From positions 6,696,001 to 6,760,000 of the forward strand of contig JBHGNT010000004.1 in the NCBI GenBank assembly GCA_043228905.1: DNA of 64,000 bases. The letters run 5' to 3'. Under the pieces are notes generated by a model. It worked only from the letters and a program-made list of their open reading frames with translations, was not told the DNA's origin and did no database searches. This DNA comes from Azolla caroliniana (taxonomy: Eukaryota > Plantae > Polypodiophyta). Shown here piece by piece: positions 47,501 through 60,646 of the stretch (its first letter is position 1; each line of letters starts with the position of its first letter). The position numbers were made by a program, and so were the translations under genes.

Positions 47501-50500
47501 CTGGCGAGTCAGTAACCTGAAATTCAGATCAAGTTATGTTAATTTTTATTTCTGTGTGTGTGTTCAGTGCATATATATAGACATACAGATACATAACATA
47601 GATTATAAGGTTCCAGATTATAAAAGACATCCATGTAAGGCTGTGCACATTTAAGAGATAACACTATTGGAACTTTTACAAACAGCCCAGGTTCTCTCAA
47701 TCCACGACCAGCAAAAAGACAATTGCCAATGAAGAAGAAGTCGAAATAAAGTTCATATGACCATGTCTAACATGTATCGATAATGAGATTCTTTAGTCAC
47801 ATTTTTGTTATATTTTATTTTTTAATTATTTACATTTATCTTGGTTTTTTCCCAAAGACAAGACAATATTTTGAGATGTAATCTCTTGTTTGTGCTTATA
47901 GACCATTTTGGCCTCTTACAAAGATATTAATGTATCTTTCTTTCTTCTTTCTAAGGCATCTCAATTACCTGGGCCAGAGAAACCAGGGAATGGGAACAGA
48001 ACACGACAAAAGGAATCCTAACGGCAATCAGAAAACTAGCATGGGGATATGGCACATGTAGCCTGAGTGGGAATAGTCAGTAACAACATCAAAAGACCAG
48101 TTATAGATTAACCAAAGTCATGGCTGAAATGTGTTATAGAAAACTTGGGCAATTCCCATTGTTGGCTGAGCTGGAGGGTGAGAGGACTGAGTTGAGAGAG
48201 GGAGTTGGGATGGGCAAGCGGTAAGCTGATTTAGTGAGAAGTTCAAGTGCATGTGCTGTGGGCCCAGATCTAAAGTTCAAATGCTAGAGGTATAAGACCA
48301 CAACCTTACTAAGGTTTAGGACATAATTAAGAAGTTTAGAGATTTAATAAACTTAAGATTTTTATGTTTTCTGTAGGTGATAAGGTTTGTGACTATCGCT
48401 GGGGATGCTATCTCTTATCTGATTCCGGATGTAAAAAGCCCACATGGGGAGATACGAGCCACCATAGATAACATGTGCGGCAAAAGCAATGACTTACTGC
48501 CAGATGGTAATCTTTTCCTGGTGAGTTTTGCAAGCTTTGTGAGGCAGTATCCTGACACTCAGATACTTCTTTGATACTCCCTGCCTCAAACCATTGCTAC
48601 ATTTCACAGACAATCTATGCCAATGAGGATAGACTCCATGGAGTGTATGGCTGGTTCTCAACAATGTTATGATAATATTTTCATTAAACCTATTTACATA
48701 ATAACTCCAGTACTATCACTTCTAGAAACCGTATACCTCTGTACTCAATCATTCTACAAAGAGATCCAACTCTTTCTTACTCTCTGATCTCGTGTAGACT
48801 GAGAAATGATAAATGTGATGTTCCTCTTAACTTTACTGAATGTGGGGTGTGCAAGCTTTGCTCGTAAGGTCATCCAGAGAGCAAGACCATATTGGGACTG
48901 GTAATGGGTCACCTTGTGCAGTGTGCCATTCATATCCAATTTGATGATATTTGACAGATGATTAATCTTCTGCATGGGGATTGAATGTACCATACATTCC
49001 TTACTACCTTCCGCAATAATAGCTCAAAGTACAATGTTTCTATTCAATCATATGGAAAGCTGTATCAGATGTGAGTCGTAGTTCAGAGGGAGGTCTCTGA
49101 CTAACTGGTAGATTCATCTACAAAGTTCCAACATCGCACAAACAAGAGGCTGGACAAAACAACGTTGGGGAGAGCCTTTGTACTGTTTGATCGTTGGTAA
49201 AGTACCCCTTGAACAAGCAATCGTTGGATGGAGCAGTCATGCTTCAAGGGAGTTTTATTGGTATTGGAGAACAATTCAGGAATATCCTAAACAAGAACCC
49301 AATAATGAGATGGGAATAAAAAGAAGCCAAAGAGGTAAATTGTCACTCAACTAATGGCTATTCTATCAACTGTATTTGTCACTATCCATAGAGTGAACTT
49401 GTGGAGTTGATTAGTGTTCTAATGAAAATGCAGAGGAGGCGATCTCAGTAAATCTATAGTAAGTTAGCATATAGCCATACCAAATCAAAATTCTCTGCTT
49501 CTTACATACCCCATGAAAGATTTCCTTTCAATTTAGGTATTTAAATATAGGACCACATATTCTCAAACATATTCAGTATAAAAATCAATTTTTACATCAG
49601 GTAGAAAATAAGCATCAGATCAACATCATAAAACAAAAAGATAACACGGTAGTTTTGAAAGTCGAATTTACAAAACTTACTCGAAAAACTGACTTGAATC
49701 CTATGCCTTTGTGCCCAATATAGCCAGCTCCAGATCCAGACTTTGTAGAGTTTCCCACATCACACAATGCCTTCATGTTTGCAGGAGTAAAGCCGGCCTC
49801 GTTATTCACCACAACCACTCTATTTTGTTGTAAAATAAAAACAAGCATAGCATCCACATCCGGCAAATATTCATTATCATCAGCATTTTGAACCTGATGA
49901 ACAAAGGGCCACCAAGTATTTAAAAACGTTATTCCATTAAGTAAAGGTTAATTACATTGATGTTTTACATGCATACCAGCTCCAGGACAAAGTGAGAATC
50001 TTGTGAATATAATTCTCGGGAAAGGCAGTTCAACGCTCTGCCAATACGCTCATGCTGTTTGACAAGAAGTCTCTGCTCATCACTTGACAAATCCAAGTCC
50101 ATCCCAAACTCTTCCTTACGTATACTAGAAATCACATCCCTTGCTGCAATTTCAAGGTTTATTTGAGTTTGTGGAACTTTATTCTCAGTTTCACTTAAAG
50201 CGTGTGTATCCTTTTGCGTCCTTGATTCAATATGAATGGACATAAGAGGCATTTCATCTTTCTGTGTATCCAGCATCTTATGATCAAAAGGATCCAGAAG
50301 AACACTTTCAGAATTGCCAAGATGGGAAATTTCTGGGATAGCCAGTTCATGTATCTGCTGTACAGGGGATTGTGGTAGCGAATCAATCACTAGAGTGTGA
50401 CGCTCAAAGCATAATGATTTCAGGTCCTTCATCCATTCACCAATCCCTAAAGAAACTCCAATCTTATGTAGCATCATGCGATACTCAGTAGTACTACAGA

Positions 50501-53500
50501 GTTCAAGCAGTGCCACAGCAGCATTGGGAACAATTTCCATAAGAACTGGGATGACTGTAGATGCACCATATATGAGGAATTCAGAGGGCATAGATGACAA
50601 GAATTCCAAAACAAACTCCAGGACACAAATGTATATATCAGAGGACTTATCAATTTCAGCTTGATTGTGTATCAACATTGAAGCAGAGCCAATCATCTGA
50701 CACTTAGACCTTTTATTAGGGTGGTTTCCTTGAAGAGTCTTTCTCTTTTTTCCAGCCATATGGGATCTCCCTGCAAGTACCTCTAAAGCCTTTAAAGAAT
50801 AAGACCTAAGAAGAGATTGAGGGACACGATCAACACCACCATAATTGGCTATAAGTGAGACTAGTTGCAGAGCTGCCTGTTTTCCTAAGCCCTTGGCAGC
50901 CACAGCCAAAAAGCTGTCAACCGTAGCTGAGCCGTCGATCCGTAGTATCGTTCCTTCACCAGTTACCAAACATGCTAAGTCCTTCACAGACGCATCCTTT
51001 TCCATCCAATCCAAGAACTCACCCAAAGAAGGGGAAAATATGGCATCCCAATGTGACCATTCAAGGAGATTGCAAAGCATGGGTGCTTTTAAGAGACACT
51101 TTGTTGCATCTGCACTCGTCATACTCCCAAGTAAGCCAACTTTGTGTACTGCCTGCATTTCAGAATCTTCCTTGATCATAGAGTTATCATAAACCCTCAA
51201 CCCAGATGTTCGTGATTTATCGGCCTTGGTTGCCAGAAGAGCACACGAATAATAGATTGAGTGATTAGGTACTTTTTCTTCTGAGCATGAGATCATATAT
51301 TTTTTTACCAAATGGAAATACCATTCACTAATACTTTCTGAAGGAAACTGCCTAAGTAATAACTGGAAAACATAATTTTCAGACAGCTTACTGACATCCT
51401 CGACAGCCATGACTGTCTGGGAAATAAATGCTTGCATCCTTGATTCAGGAAAAGGTGTTACACAATTATTTTGAAGATTGTCTGTCATGCCAGAGAAAAT
51501 TTTTGAAAGCTTAGCCAAGTACTGCTCTACAAAATTAGAACTTTTTGATTCTTTAGAAATAAGCCGCTCCAATAATGTCTTTTCACATTGCAGTATTTTA
51601 CTCACTACAAAATCAACTGTTTCCTTTCCAGAGAGTTCTGTTGAGTTGTTTCGTGGCCTGTCATTGAGATCTTTGTAGACTTTATTCAAAATCTCAAGAA
51701 CTGTTTCGAGGAACTTCTCTAAGCCTGGAGACATTTGATCTGGAAGAAAGATGATTGAACAATGAATACAAATTAAATCCAATTTGATGCATCAAAGTTT
51801 GAGGATTATTAAAGAGTTTTAACAGAGTTACTCCAGTACTTAATTTGCTTAACTGCATGGAGCTTTGCAGATAATAGAACCAGATATTCAATACAAACTT
51901 AAATGTGGCACAGTTCATAGGACTTGATCGAGAAGAATAATGGATGAGCAGTGAACATATATTATTATAATTCAACAATCAAGGTTTAAATATATATATG
52001 TGAGCAGATAATGATTTTATAGAAGCTCAAGTTTCCAAACAAAATGCAAGATTAAAAATAAGTTCAATAATGCTACAATTTATCACAGACATGTGTAACC
52101 ATGATGATTAATATGTTGGAGTGTGGCCAGGAAAATTGGACGTTGTCTGTCAAAACTCAACAGTTAAAACAATACTTTTTTAACAATCATGTGATTTAGT
52201 TATTTACATATTGGCACTAACTCCTATGATGGATGGAAAAAGGCAAGATGAAGGCAAGTTCATGGAATCAATTAGCAAAGTTTTCACAAACTCCACATAA
52301 ATATGGAAGCTTCACAGTATCTTCATACCTGTTTCACTGACCACTTTAAGTGCTTCTGGTTTAGATTCACTCGTTGTCACCTCTATTCTGTCAACTGCTT
52401 CTATAGAATATACACCTTTATTCTCATGGACATCTTTAGTAGCAGCAGCTTCGAGGGCATCATAAAGGCTCGTCCAATGCCCAGCCTTCATAGATAGCAC
52501 CTGTATTTAATTCAAATCCAAAGGAGAAGTAGCTTTAAAAAATGATTACTGAATGATACCAAACAATAAACAGCAAAAAGCAATACACAATTGAGGTTGC
52601 TGTCATGGTTTTATCCTTGATGCAGCCACTTTTCTTCATGTATTTATATACATATTTCGACTCTTGATTGATTTTTAAGACTTTTTCCTTTTTCTCTTAT
52701 TTTGGTAGTCCCCTTACTTTTACTAGGTTTAAATTTACTTTGGTTTTAGAAATCTTATGAAATTATGTTTGGTTCTCTTACATGCTGCTTCTCTTACAAG
52801 TCTTATGAAATCGGACAATAAAGTATATACAGTGTAAATTGCAACATGTGTAGTCAAAGTAATGTAAATTTTGAAAGAATGATAATATTTTCTTTCTATT
52901 TCAATGTAGTTATTAATGCGTCATAGAGGAGACTCTGATATATAGTCATAATGCTATAAATATGTTTAATTTTTTACTGAATTAAATATTCTGTTTCGTG
53001 TCCACATCAAAACCTGGAAAGAACCCATTACCTTCTAGTTTTCCATATAGTAAAATATGTTTGTTATATTATGAAGATAGAATTTATAGTAGGTGGATTA
53101 AATTTATAAACTGAACCAGCAAAAGAACACTAGAAACAGCGGAAAAGATTTTCACACTGGCAGCCAACTATGATGATCAAATACACACACAATAAATAAG
53201 ATCTTAGTCAATAGAGACAACATTGCATAGTTTATCAAAATTGAGATGACATTTCTACCGCAACATTCAGCAGACCAATGACAGGGCGAATCTTGAAAAG
53301 CTTCATTAACTTCCTTTTCTTCTTCAGATTTGCATTCAGCTTCAACTCATGTTCAGAGAGCATTTGCGTAAGCACCTGAATGTCCAACCAGATGAACCAA
53401 AAGAAACAAATGCGATCACTTACAGAAATCATGATTGATGAACTGAAACATATTCTTGCATTCATCTTTTCCAGAAAATCAACATGCGGTAGAAGCTATA

Positions 53501-56116
53501 CCTCTAACATGGAGGACTTCTGGCAAATGCCTCTCCAAGAAGAGACAAAATCACTTAGTTCTTTGCGTGACAATGTGTACTCATCAAGAGGTAATTCCTT
53601 GTGTGATCGGACACGCTGTTGTTCCTCTGCTGCTGAAGGATATGGACAGCTATTAATTTTTAATTTATTACACAAAGAAGCAGCTTTCTTCATATTGGTA
53701 TCAGGTTTTAGGGTCGTAATGTCCTTCAAAGATTGAGCAGCTGAGCTAAGGGGGAAATTTGGAGTATTATCATTCCTGGCTGATGCTAGAAATGCATCAA
53801 TTCTATTTGTAATATTAGAGTCTTGAATGTTTTGTTTGGCTGCAGATTCCTTGAGAGCAGTCAAATGTGCTCTCTGACTTGCCATTTCCCTTTCTGCATT
53901 CTTCTCGCGGCGAATATAAGAAACATATACCCTAACAAGATCCACGGTACATTAATCTTAATTTGCAGCAAAACAAGTGGGAACAATACAGATTCTTAAA
54001 CTAATCCTTTCATATGAACTTTATGTGATGCGATGTGTAATTCGAATTTTATGTGACATGGACTTGCATTGGAGCCTGAAAATATATTGCATGTATCTAC
54101 ATATAATATATGCATATATGAGAGTTTTTATATATAGAAATATGAATCATGTAGTATATGTTCTTGCAGTACTTCTCAAAACCTCCATGGCATGTAATGC
54201 ATGAATTTACCAATAAACAGATTTCTTTTTTCTTTTTTTAATATACCAACATATTAGCTGAGAAGCAAATTCAACATGAAAACTTGGCTAAAGATGATGA
54301 TTGTTTGGGTATAGCACATGCTATTATGACAAAGAACGTTGATTAACATGGAGGAGAACTGTAAACCAGATTGTCTCTTTTAATAGCACGAGTGGTTTCC
54401 TAATGCTGAACACCATTCCCTTCTGAGGATAGGCATAAATTTGCATCTCTGCATATCCATATCACAACGTTCAAGGTAAATGCATCTATACATATTACGT
54501 ACCCAAAGTTCTGCATACGCACACACAAGTGTTGTGGTGATGGGATGGAACGCGAATTTGATATGAAAGATAGAAAGGCTTCCACATCTACTTTGCCATT
54601 ACATTTGTTAGTATACTCCGCTAGATAATTGAGAACATCCTCTGTAGTTATTTTGTGGACTTCTGGACCACCCGCAGGAGCAAAATATTGACCAACTAGT
54701 GGCAATAATGAGATTGGACCAAGACCCAAGTCCTCGAAACTTTGTACACCCTCGTTTTGTGCAATCTCAAGACTCAGATCATGCAATGTTGTGATTTTTC
54801 TCACTGCAACATGGCAGTGGATATAAGAGTTCACCTGGGTAAATTCAAGTTTCAAAGGTTTTATGTTCCATTTCCATTATTATGGAGATAACTCTCAGGC
54901 AGATTCAAAGGTTTTATCTTCAATTTATGTCACTATGTGAAAAATTCTTTGGTAGAATCCAAGGTTTTATGTTCTGATTTCCACTACTAAGCTGACAACT
55001 CAATGCCAACAAATGGAAAGGGAACATAAACAATTAAGCACTTTTCCTTCGAGAAGAAGAAGACACCAATGTAAATTCAAAAGTTTATATATTTCAAATT
55101 CCATTAATATGGTAAATACTCCACATAAACAAAGATAAGAGAGCATAAACAATAAGTAAGTCTCTTTAAAGAAGGAGAGAAAAAAATTCTAAGTTAAATT
55201 CAAAGATTTTATATTTTAGTTTACATTGCTGGGAATGAAACACATACCAACAAAGGTAAAGAGAAAATAAACATAAGAAGAGAAACCTTACAATCATGAA
55301 AACGCATACCCATGAAGGGAAAGAGAATATACAATTTTCCTTCAAGAAAAAGGAAGTCATTGATAAAATCTAATGTTTAAAACTATAGACTTTACTTAAG
55401 TCTCTGATCAATTCTAAGGTTTGAAACTATGGAGTATCCTTCAATTATCATCACTGTGAAGAAAAGCCCATACCAACTAAGGGAAAGAGAAATAAAAGTC
55501 CTAAACAAAATTCTAAGATTTTTAATCCAATTGCCATTACTATGATGAAAACCCATATAGAAAGAGAAATAACATTGATCAGTACCTTTCCTTCGAGAAG
55601 AAGAATCTTTCGAAGAGTTGGAACATTGTGGAGGCGTAGACCCAACAATTCTAGAGATTCTGCCTTGAGGACTAATAACAAAGCTTCCAATACCTTCCAC
55701 AACGTCACTCCTTTACGCTTAGACAAAAGTTTCTCATATTCAACTTTCGCCACATTCTCCACTTTGTCTCTCAAGCTACCGGAATTCGCCTTTTTCATTG
55801 TCATTGGAGCAGAAATCTCGTTGGAAGCAACTTCAGCGAAAAACTCATTGGGCGATTTTCTTCGATTCTGATCTTGATTGTAATTCCTTTCCTTATCCCC
55901 GTCTCTCCAGTGCCTCATTTTATAAAGCTCAAAGTCTGGTTGTTGTGGGCACTGAGACCATATTCCTCCATATAAGCTTTGATTGAGATAATAATGATGA
56001 TTTTGTGGCTCCACGCTTCCACCACCATACCTTCTTTTGTCAAGGTATTCATCAGCCTTCTCCTTATTCTTCTGGTGAGGAGGAGGAGGAGGATTCCTGT
56101 CGTTAGACCCGTTCAT
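41528..56116 (-). CDS. NOV: NO VEIN protein (sacsin-like GHKL ATPase + C-terminal NOV_C/DUF3883), 13 exons, ~2656 aa
   Basis: Exons on the minus strand: 56116-55586, 54834-54503, 53931-53502, 53375-53259, 52500-52329, 51739-49977, 49893-49681, 47516-45243, 44625-44522, 44429-44033, 43937-43608, 42939-42676, 42571-41528. All introns are GT-AG with consistent phases, total 7971 nt. Motifs: LSRELYSQDSHFVLELVQNADDN, NNEAGF, ALCDVGNSTK, GYIGHKGIGFKSVFRV, QGDFILPSSREEID, TGRLGEAVVY...FPYDI...VEVKTT. Confidence 0.93.
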
Positions 56117-56134
56117 GGCTGCCCAACACGGCAA

Positions 56135-56445
56135 AGAAGAAGAAGAAGAAGAAGAAGAAGAAGAAGACTTCTCTTCAAATGGAATTTAGACTTAACAGTA
56201 AAGGCTTAACTACATACTTAAACCCTCGCATCATCTTGGAGTCTCTAGACCCTAATTCTTCATTCGCCCATCTCCATTTTTGGATTTGAGTGGGCACCGC
56301 AAATAAGAAGAAGAGGAATTCTTAAAATGGAATTTAGACAAAAGTAGATAAGAGTCTTACCGCTTAAAACCCTCACCATCATCTTGGAGTCTTACTACTT
56401 AAACCCTAATTCTTCATTCCGCCGCCCATCTCCTTTAGATTTGAG
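56135..56445 (-). promoter_or_regulatory. NOV 5' UTR/promoter: (CTT)n tract, ~150-bp tandem duplication, telo-box
   Basis: (GAA)n at 56135-56166 on the plus strand. AAATGGAATTTAGAC...CATCATCTTGGAGTCT...CCCTAATTCTTCATTC occurs twice. AAACCCTAA at 56401. Confidence 0.55.
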
Positions 56446-57121
56446 AGAGTGTTGGACTCGTGGGCTTTCTTTCTTCTTCGCCTTGGGCTACAATCACGAT
56501 GAAACTGTCATTCCATTATATGTGGGTTGCAAATGGACAGCGTCAATACGAGAGTTTTACTCTGATATTATGCAATTTGGCCAACACTTGGTCAACTATG
56601 TTGTACGATCATCTGTGGTGATTAGTTGAGGTAAGAGTGGATTATGAACTAAATTGTGGTGGACTCGTAGGTTAGGAGTTATGCCCAAAAGACATACTAG
56701 GCACAAATTCAAACTCATCAACTTAAAAACATCGCATAGCAGTATTGGGGATTATGTAACTAATTAGTCAATTGATTGGTAATGGGGAGAGTGAGACAAC
56801 TAGTAGTGAGACACCACAAAGGTGCTTAACTAATTAACTTCCTATAGCCTCCCTTTCGGGTGATACATAATGTGTTGTATATGTGCAAGTGATAGAGGAT
56901 ATATCATGCTTCGATCACCTACAATATTCTTTACATTCTTTCTTAGATTTTTTCATGACTCTTTAATGATCATTATATCATGGTATATTATGTGATGCTA
57001 TGAGAAAACTAATTCTAGATTTCCAATTACATCCCTTCTGTAGATTTTTGCAAATATTTGTGAACCTTTTAATCTCCCAAAATTTAGTGCTTTTTATTTC
57101 TGTTTGAGTGCCACTATGTAC

Positions 57122-57544
57122 TCAATAACGACCACCAATTGAGTTGTTATCAACCGGATACGCCCACCTAGTAATGTCTCGTACATTAAGGTTGGCTAGC
57201 TTTGCATCATCTGAATTAATCTTCCCTTTCTTTTTGTATTCGAGGATGCTTGGCCAAAACCCCATTCCTTGTTTAATCATTTCAAGCTTCTCCTTCCCGA
57301 TTCTTAGATCGACGTTTGCGACATAGTGTATAGCTTCGACGTGGCTCACATTGGTCTCATCCCTGATTTTCTTTAGACCGCCCCTACCAAAATTCACGTG
57401 CAAGGGCTTACGAGTCTCACTTGAGTGTATAATGTTGCCTTTCATGTAGACGAGGTTTTGTCGAATTGCTTGTTGAAGGCTAGCACAATCTTTCCTTGCA
57501 TGATCGACACTATCACACCACACAACTCTATATGGTTCTTTCAC
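57122..57544 (-). mobile_element. Gypsy-like gag fragment with degenerate zinc knuckle
   Basis: VVWCDSVDHARKDC followed by a gag-like tail. It is isolated and truncated. Confidence 0.5.
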
Positions 57545-57597
57545 TTCAACCCTCGATGACTCATATTAGCTAATGGAACCGCTTCGAAATTCCTAGC

Positions 57598-57986
57598 TAT
57601 AAAGAATAAGATGTGGAAGCTCAAAGATAAACACAGTCGACTGAGCCAGATAACACAGTATGACATGCACTTAGGTTACCACAGAGATGGAGATTTAGAG
57701 AGAGAGAGTATACCTAGAACAACAAAAATCACTATATTAAAAAAGAGTCGACATAATACAATGTGCTCACAAAGAACCATATATACAAACAATATTGACA
57801 GAGTACTTAAATGAGCTCAGACATCTGACTAACCTAAATTATATCCTAAGACAATGCTAAGAAAACTAGGTCCTAACGACTCTACGACCTTTTGGCCCTG
57901 TCGGCCTATCGGTCCTTATGGCTTCCAGCCGATCCTTCAATCGGTCTGACTTCATGTTGAGCTTGTCCCTCGACATTCCCCCTCAA
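57598..57986 (-). mobile_element. Copia 3' LTR (57598-57975) with PPT
   Basis: The minus strand reads TTGAGGGGGAA-TGTCGAGGGACAAGCTCAAC... The end resembles the LTRs at 58105 and 60647. Confidence 0.7.
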
Positions 57987-58002
57987 GCTCAACTTGAGGT
58001 TT

Positions 58003-60646
58003 TGTCATGATATGGGATGGTATGGTTCCAAAATATTCGAACATATGACCTTGTCTTACAAGGGTTGAACCCTTACCATTAAACCATGCATTGTAATACA
58101 AAAATGTTGAGAGACAAGCTCAACATCGGCCGGATCGGCTGAAGAAGCCGAGGACCGATCGGTCCAACCGAGTACGTAAACCGGGAGGTCGTTAGGAAAG
58201 ATATTCCGTGAGGAATATATTTGGGAGTTAGTGTAGGAGCTCTTGATGAGCATTGAAGTACTGTCAGTACTTCGGTCAGTCCTTCTAGGACTTGTATAAA
58301 AGTGTTCACTGAGCACGTCTTATGTACAAACTGAGTATTATTGTTGAATATAGTTCTTGTGTTCTCTCTCACTCTCTCTGTCTCTCCCGTGTATACTACG
58401 TAAGCTCAAGCTCTCCATTGAACCTGAGTTTCCTTCCTTCTGTTTCGTCTTCATACCTACTTCCGCACGCTACTTTTCACAAAAAACTATTATTTTCATT
58501 TGTTATTTCACTATAGGAAATTCGTGTATATTCCAGATTACTCTGGAACATTCTAGAAACTTCAGGAGTATTCCTAACAATACTATAATATAGGGGCAAA
58601 TAGCATTATTCAAAACCAATTCGGTTCAACGCCAGTCTTAAGCCTCCTAGTTGTTCTTGTATCTTTCTTTATATAATATAATATACTTCTTGTTGTCATC
58701 ATTCTCTCTCTCTCTCTCATGATTCTCACACACTCTTTCCCTTCTTATTACTAATCCTCATTCTTCTCCTTTATCTTTAGTACTAATTATCCTTGCCTCT
58801 AGTACTATCCCTGTCAGTTTGAACCGAATTGCCATTCAGTTTCGTATCCCTCCTTTCCTTCATACTAATCTTCTTATCCTTCCTTCCTCCAATATTATGG
58901 CAACTATTAGCGCTCACAAATACCAATCTGTTTTCTCAGAGCTACAATGCTTAAAAGAAAGGTTTGTAGCACTAGAACAAGAAAATCAATGGTTGTTGGG
59001 GGATCTTCAACAGATCTCTCTAGAAAAGCAACAAACGCAACAATAACACGGGGAGTTGGCATTATGTGTGCAACAACTTGAAGCAACCATTGTGTCATTG
59101 CAACAACAAGGACCAAGTACTCAAGGGATTCATAAAAAACCCAAGATCGGTCTTCCTATGAAATTCGATAGAACACGATCACAATTTAGAGGATTTCTTA
59201 ATCAGGTACGTCTAGTGATTCAAATGCATCCTTCCCGATATCCCACTAATACATCACGAGTGGGACTAGTAGGCACGTTGCTTAGTGGCATAACTTTGGC
59301 ATGATTCACTCCTTTGTTAGAAAAAGAATCTCCATTGTTAAATAATTTTGAGGAATTTATTAACGAGTTTAAAGCATGTTTTGTGGACACTGACAACGTT
59401 AGGACACCAATCAATAAAATGCGAAGATTGCGTTAAGGTGATCATCCAGCCTCAACTTACGTTGTAGATTTCCATCTTCTCATCGCCGATATTCCCTAGG
59501 ATGACCTAGCATTGATGGAGCAATTTCGATATGGCCTGCAAAATGATGTCAAAGAATTACTCCTGACTTTCCCCGAAGAACCAAAGTCGCTCACAAAGGC
59601 AATCAGTCGGGTGGTACGTTGCGATAACAGGCTTTTTGAATGACGTTCGAAACGTCAATTACAAATGCCAAGAACAAGGTCGGAGCCCACATATGCCTCC
59701 GTTGTAGAAAAACCATTTGCAAGGGAGTCATATAATGCGTCTCCAACAAATACTCCAACACCGATGGAAATCGACACCACATGTCGTCGTGGACAATTAT
59801 CGGAAGAAGAAAAGCAACAACATCGAGCAAATCGACTATGTCTTTATTGCAGTGGACCGGGGCATATTGCAGTGAACTGTCCTTACAAGCCACGAAGATA
59901 GGTAAATCAAATGGATGCTAGTACTAATAGTACTAAATACAAGTCAATTCATTAGTAGTGTCTGATAGTCCTAATAGCCCAAGTCTATCAAACAAAATTG
60001 AAATCCTTAGTCAACTAGAAGAAGATTTAAATGACTATGTCTAGCCAAAATAGGAGTTGTTTGGTTGGACAACCCTAGATCTGTGTAGCCCATTAATGGT
60101 TCCATTCCCTCTAAGCAAGTTAGCAATGTCTTCCTAGCTCAAGTAACAATTAGTATTAAAAGTAACCCTCCAGTACATGGCTTAACACTCCTAAATTCCG
60201 GAGCCAACTCTTGCTTCGTGTATAAGAATTTTGCCCAAGCTCATCAAATATCCCTAAGAAAACTCTCTTGCCCAGCTTCTGTAGTAATCATTGATGGTTG
60301 CCTCATTGCTTCCAGAAATATCGCAGAAGAGTCAGAGTCAATTAGTGTTGTCCTAAATAATTTGGCGTGTGTAGTATCATTTAGTATAATTATTAGTCTA
60401 GAGTATCCAATTGTTTTGGAGTTACCATGGTTCCAATTACACAATCTGGACATAGATTAGAGAACAAGAGAAATCATGTATCAACAACCTCGAGGATCTA
60501 CTCATAAGATTTCAACCATTTCGCAACATCAATTGTGTGAGGAATGACACAAGGAATCAATGCTTGTATTCGCAGTATTAGTGAAACCTTCCAACACCGC
60601 TAAGGAGGAGTCAACAATTCAACTTCCAAAGAAGTATCATCATTAT
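58003..60646 (+). mobile_element. Older, truncated copy of the Tcn1-like chromovirus (5' LTR, gag, PR)
   Basis: LTR 58003-58816 is split by a solo LTR. Self-priming site at 58819-58831. gag from 58898 has many stops and CLYCSGPGHIAVNC. The element is colinear with about 23099-25360. Confidence 0.92.
58105..58481 (+). mobile_element. Copia solo LTR inside the chromovirus LTR
   Basis: TGTTGAG...TTTCACA with TSD AAAAA on both sides. The flanks rejoin into the intact Tcn1 LTR sequence. Confidence 0.88.

Noticed and set aside
48000-49450. Possible retroelement remnant in NOV intron 7
   Set aside because: No diagnostic motif or terminal structure was identified.
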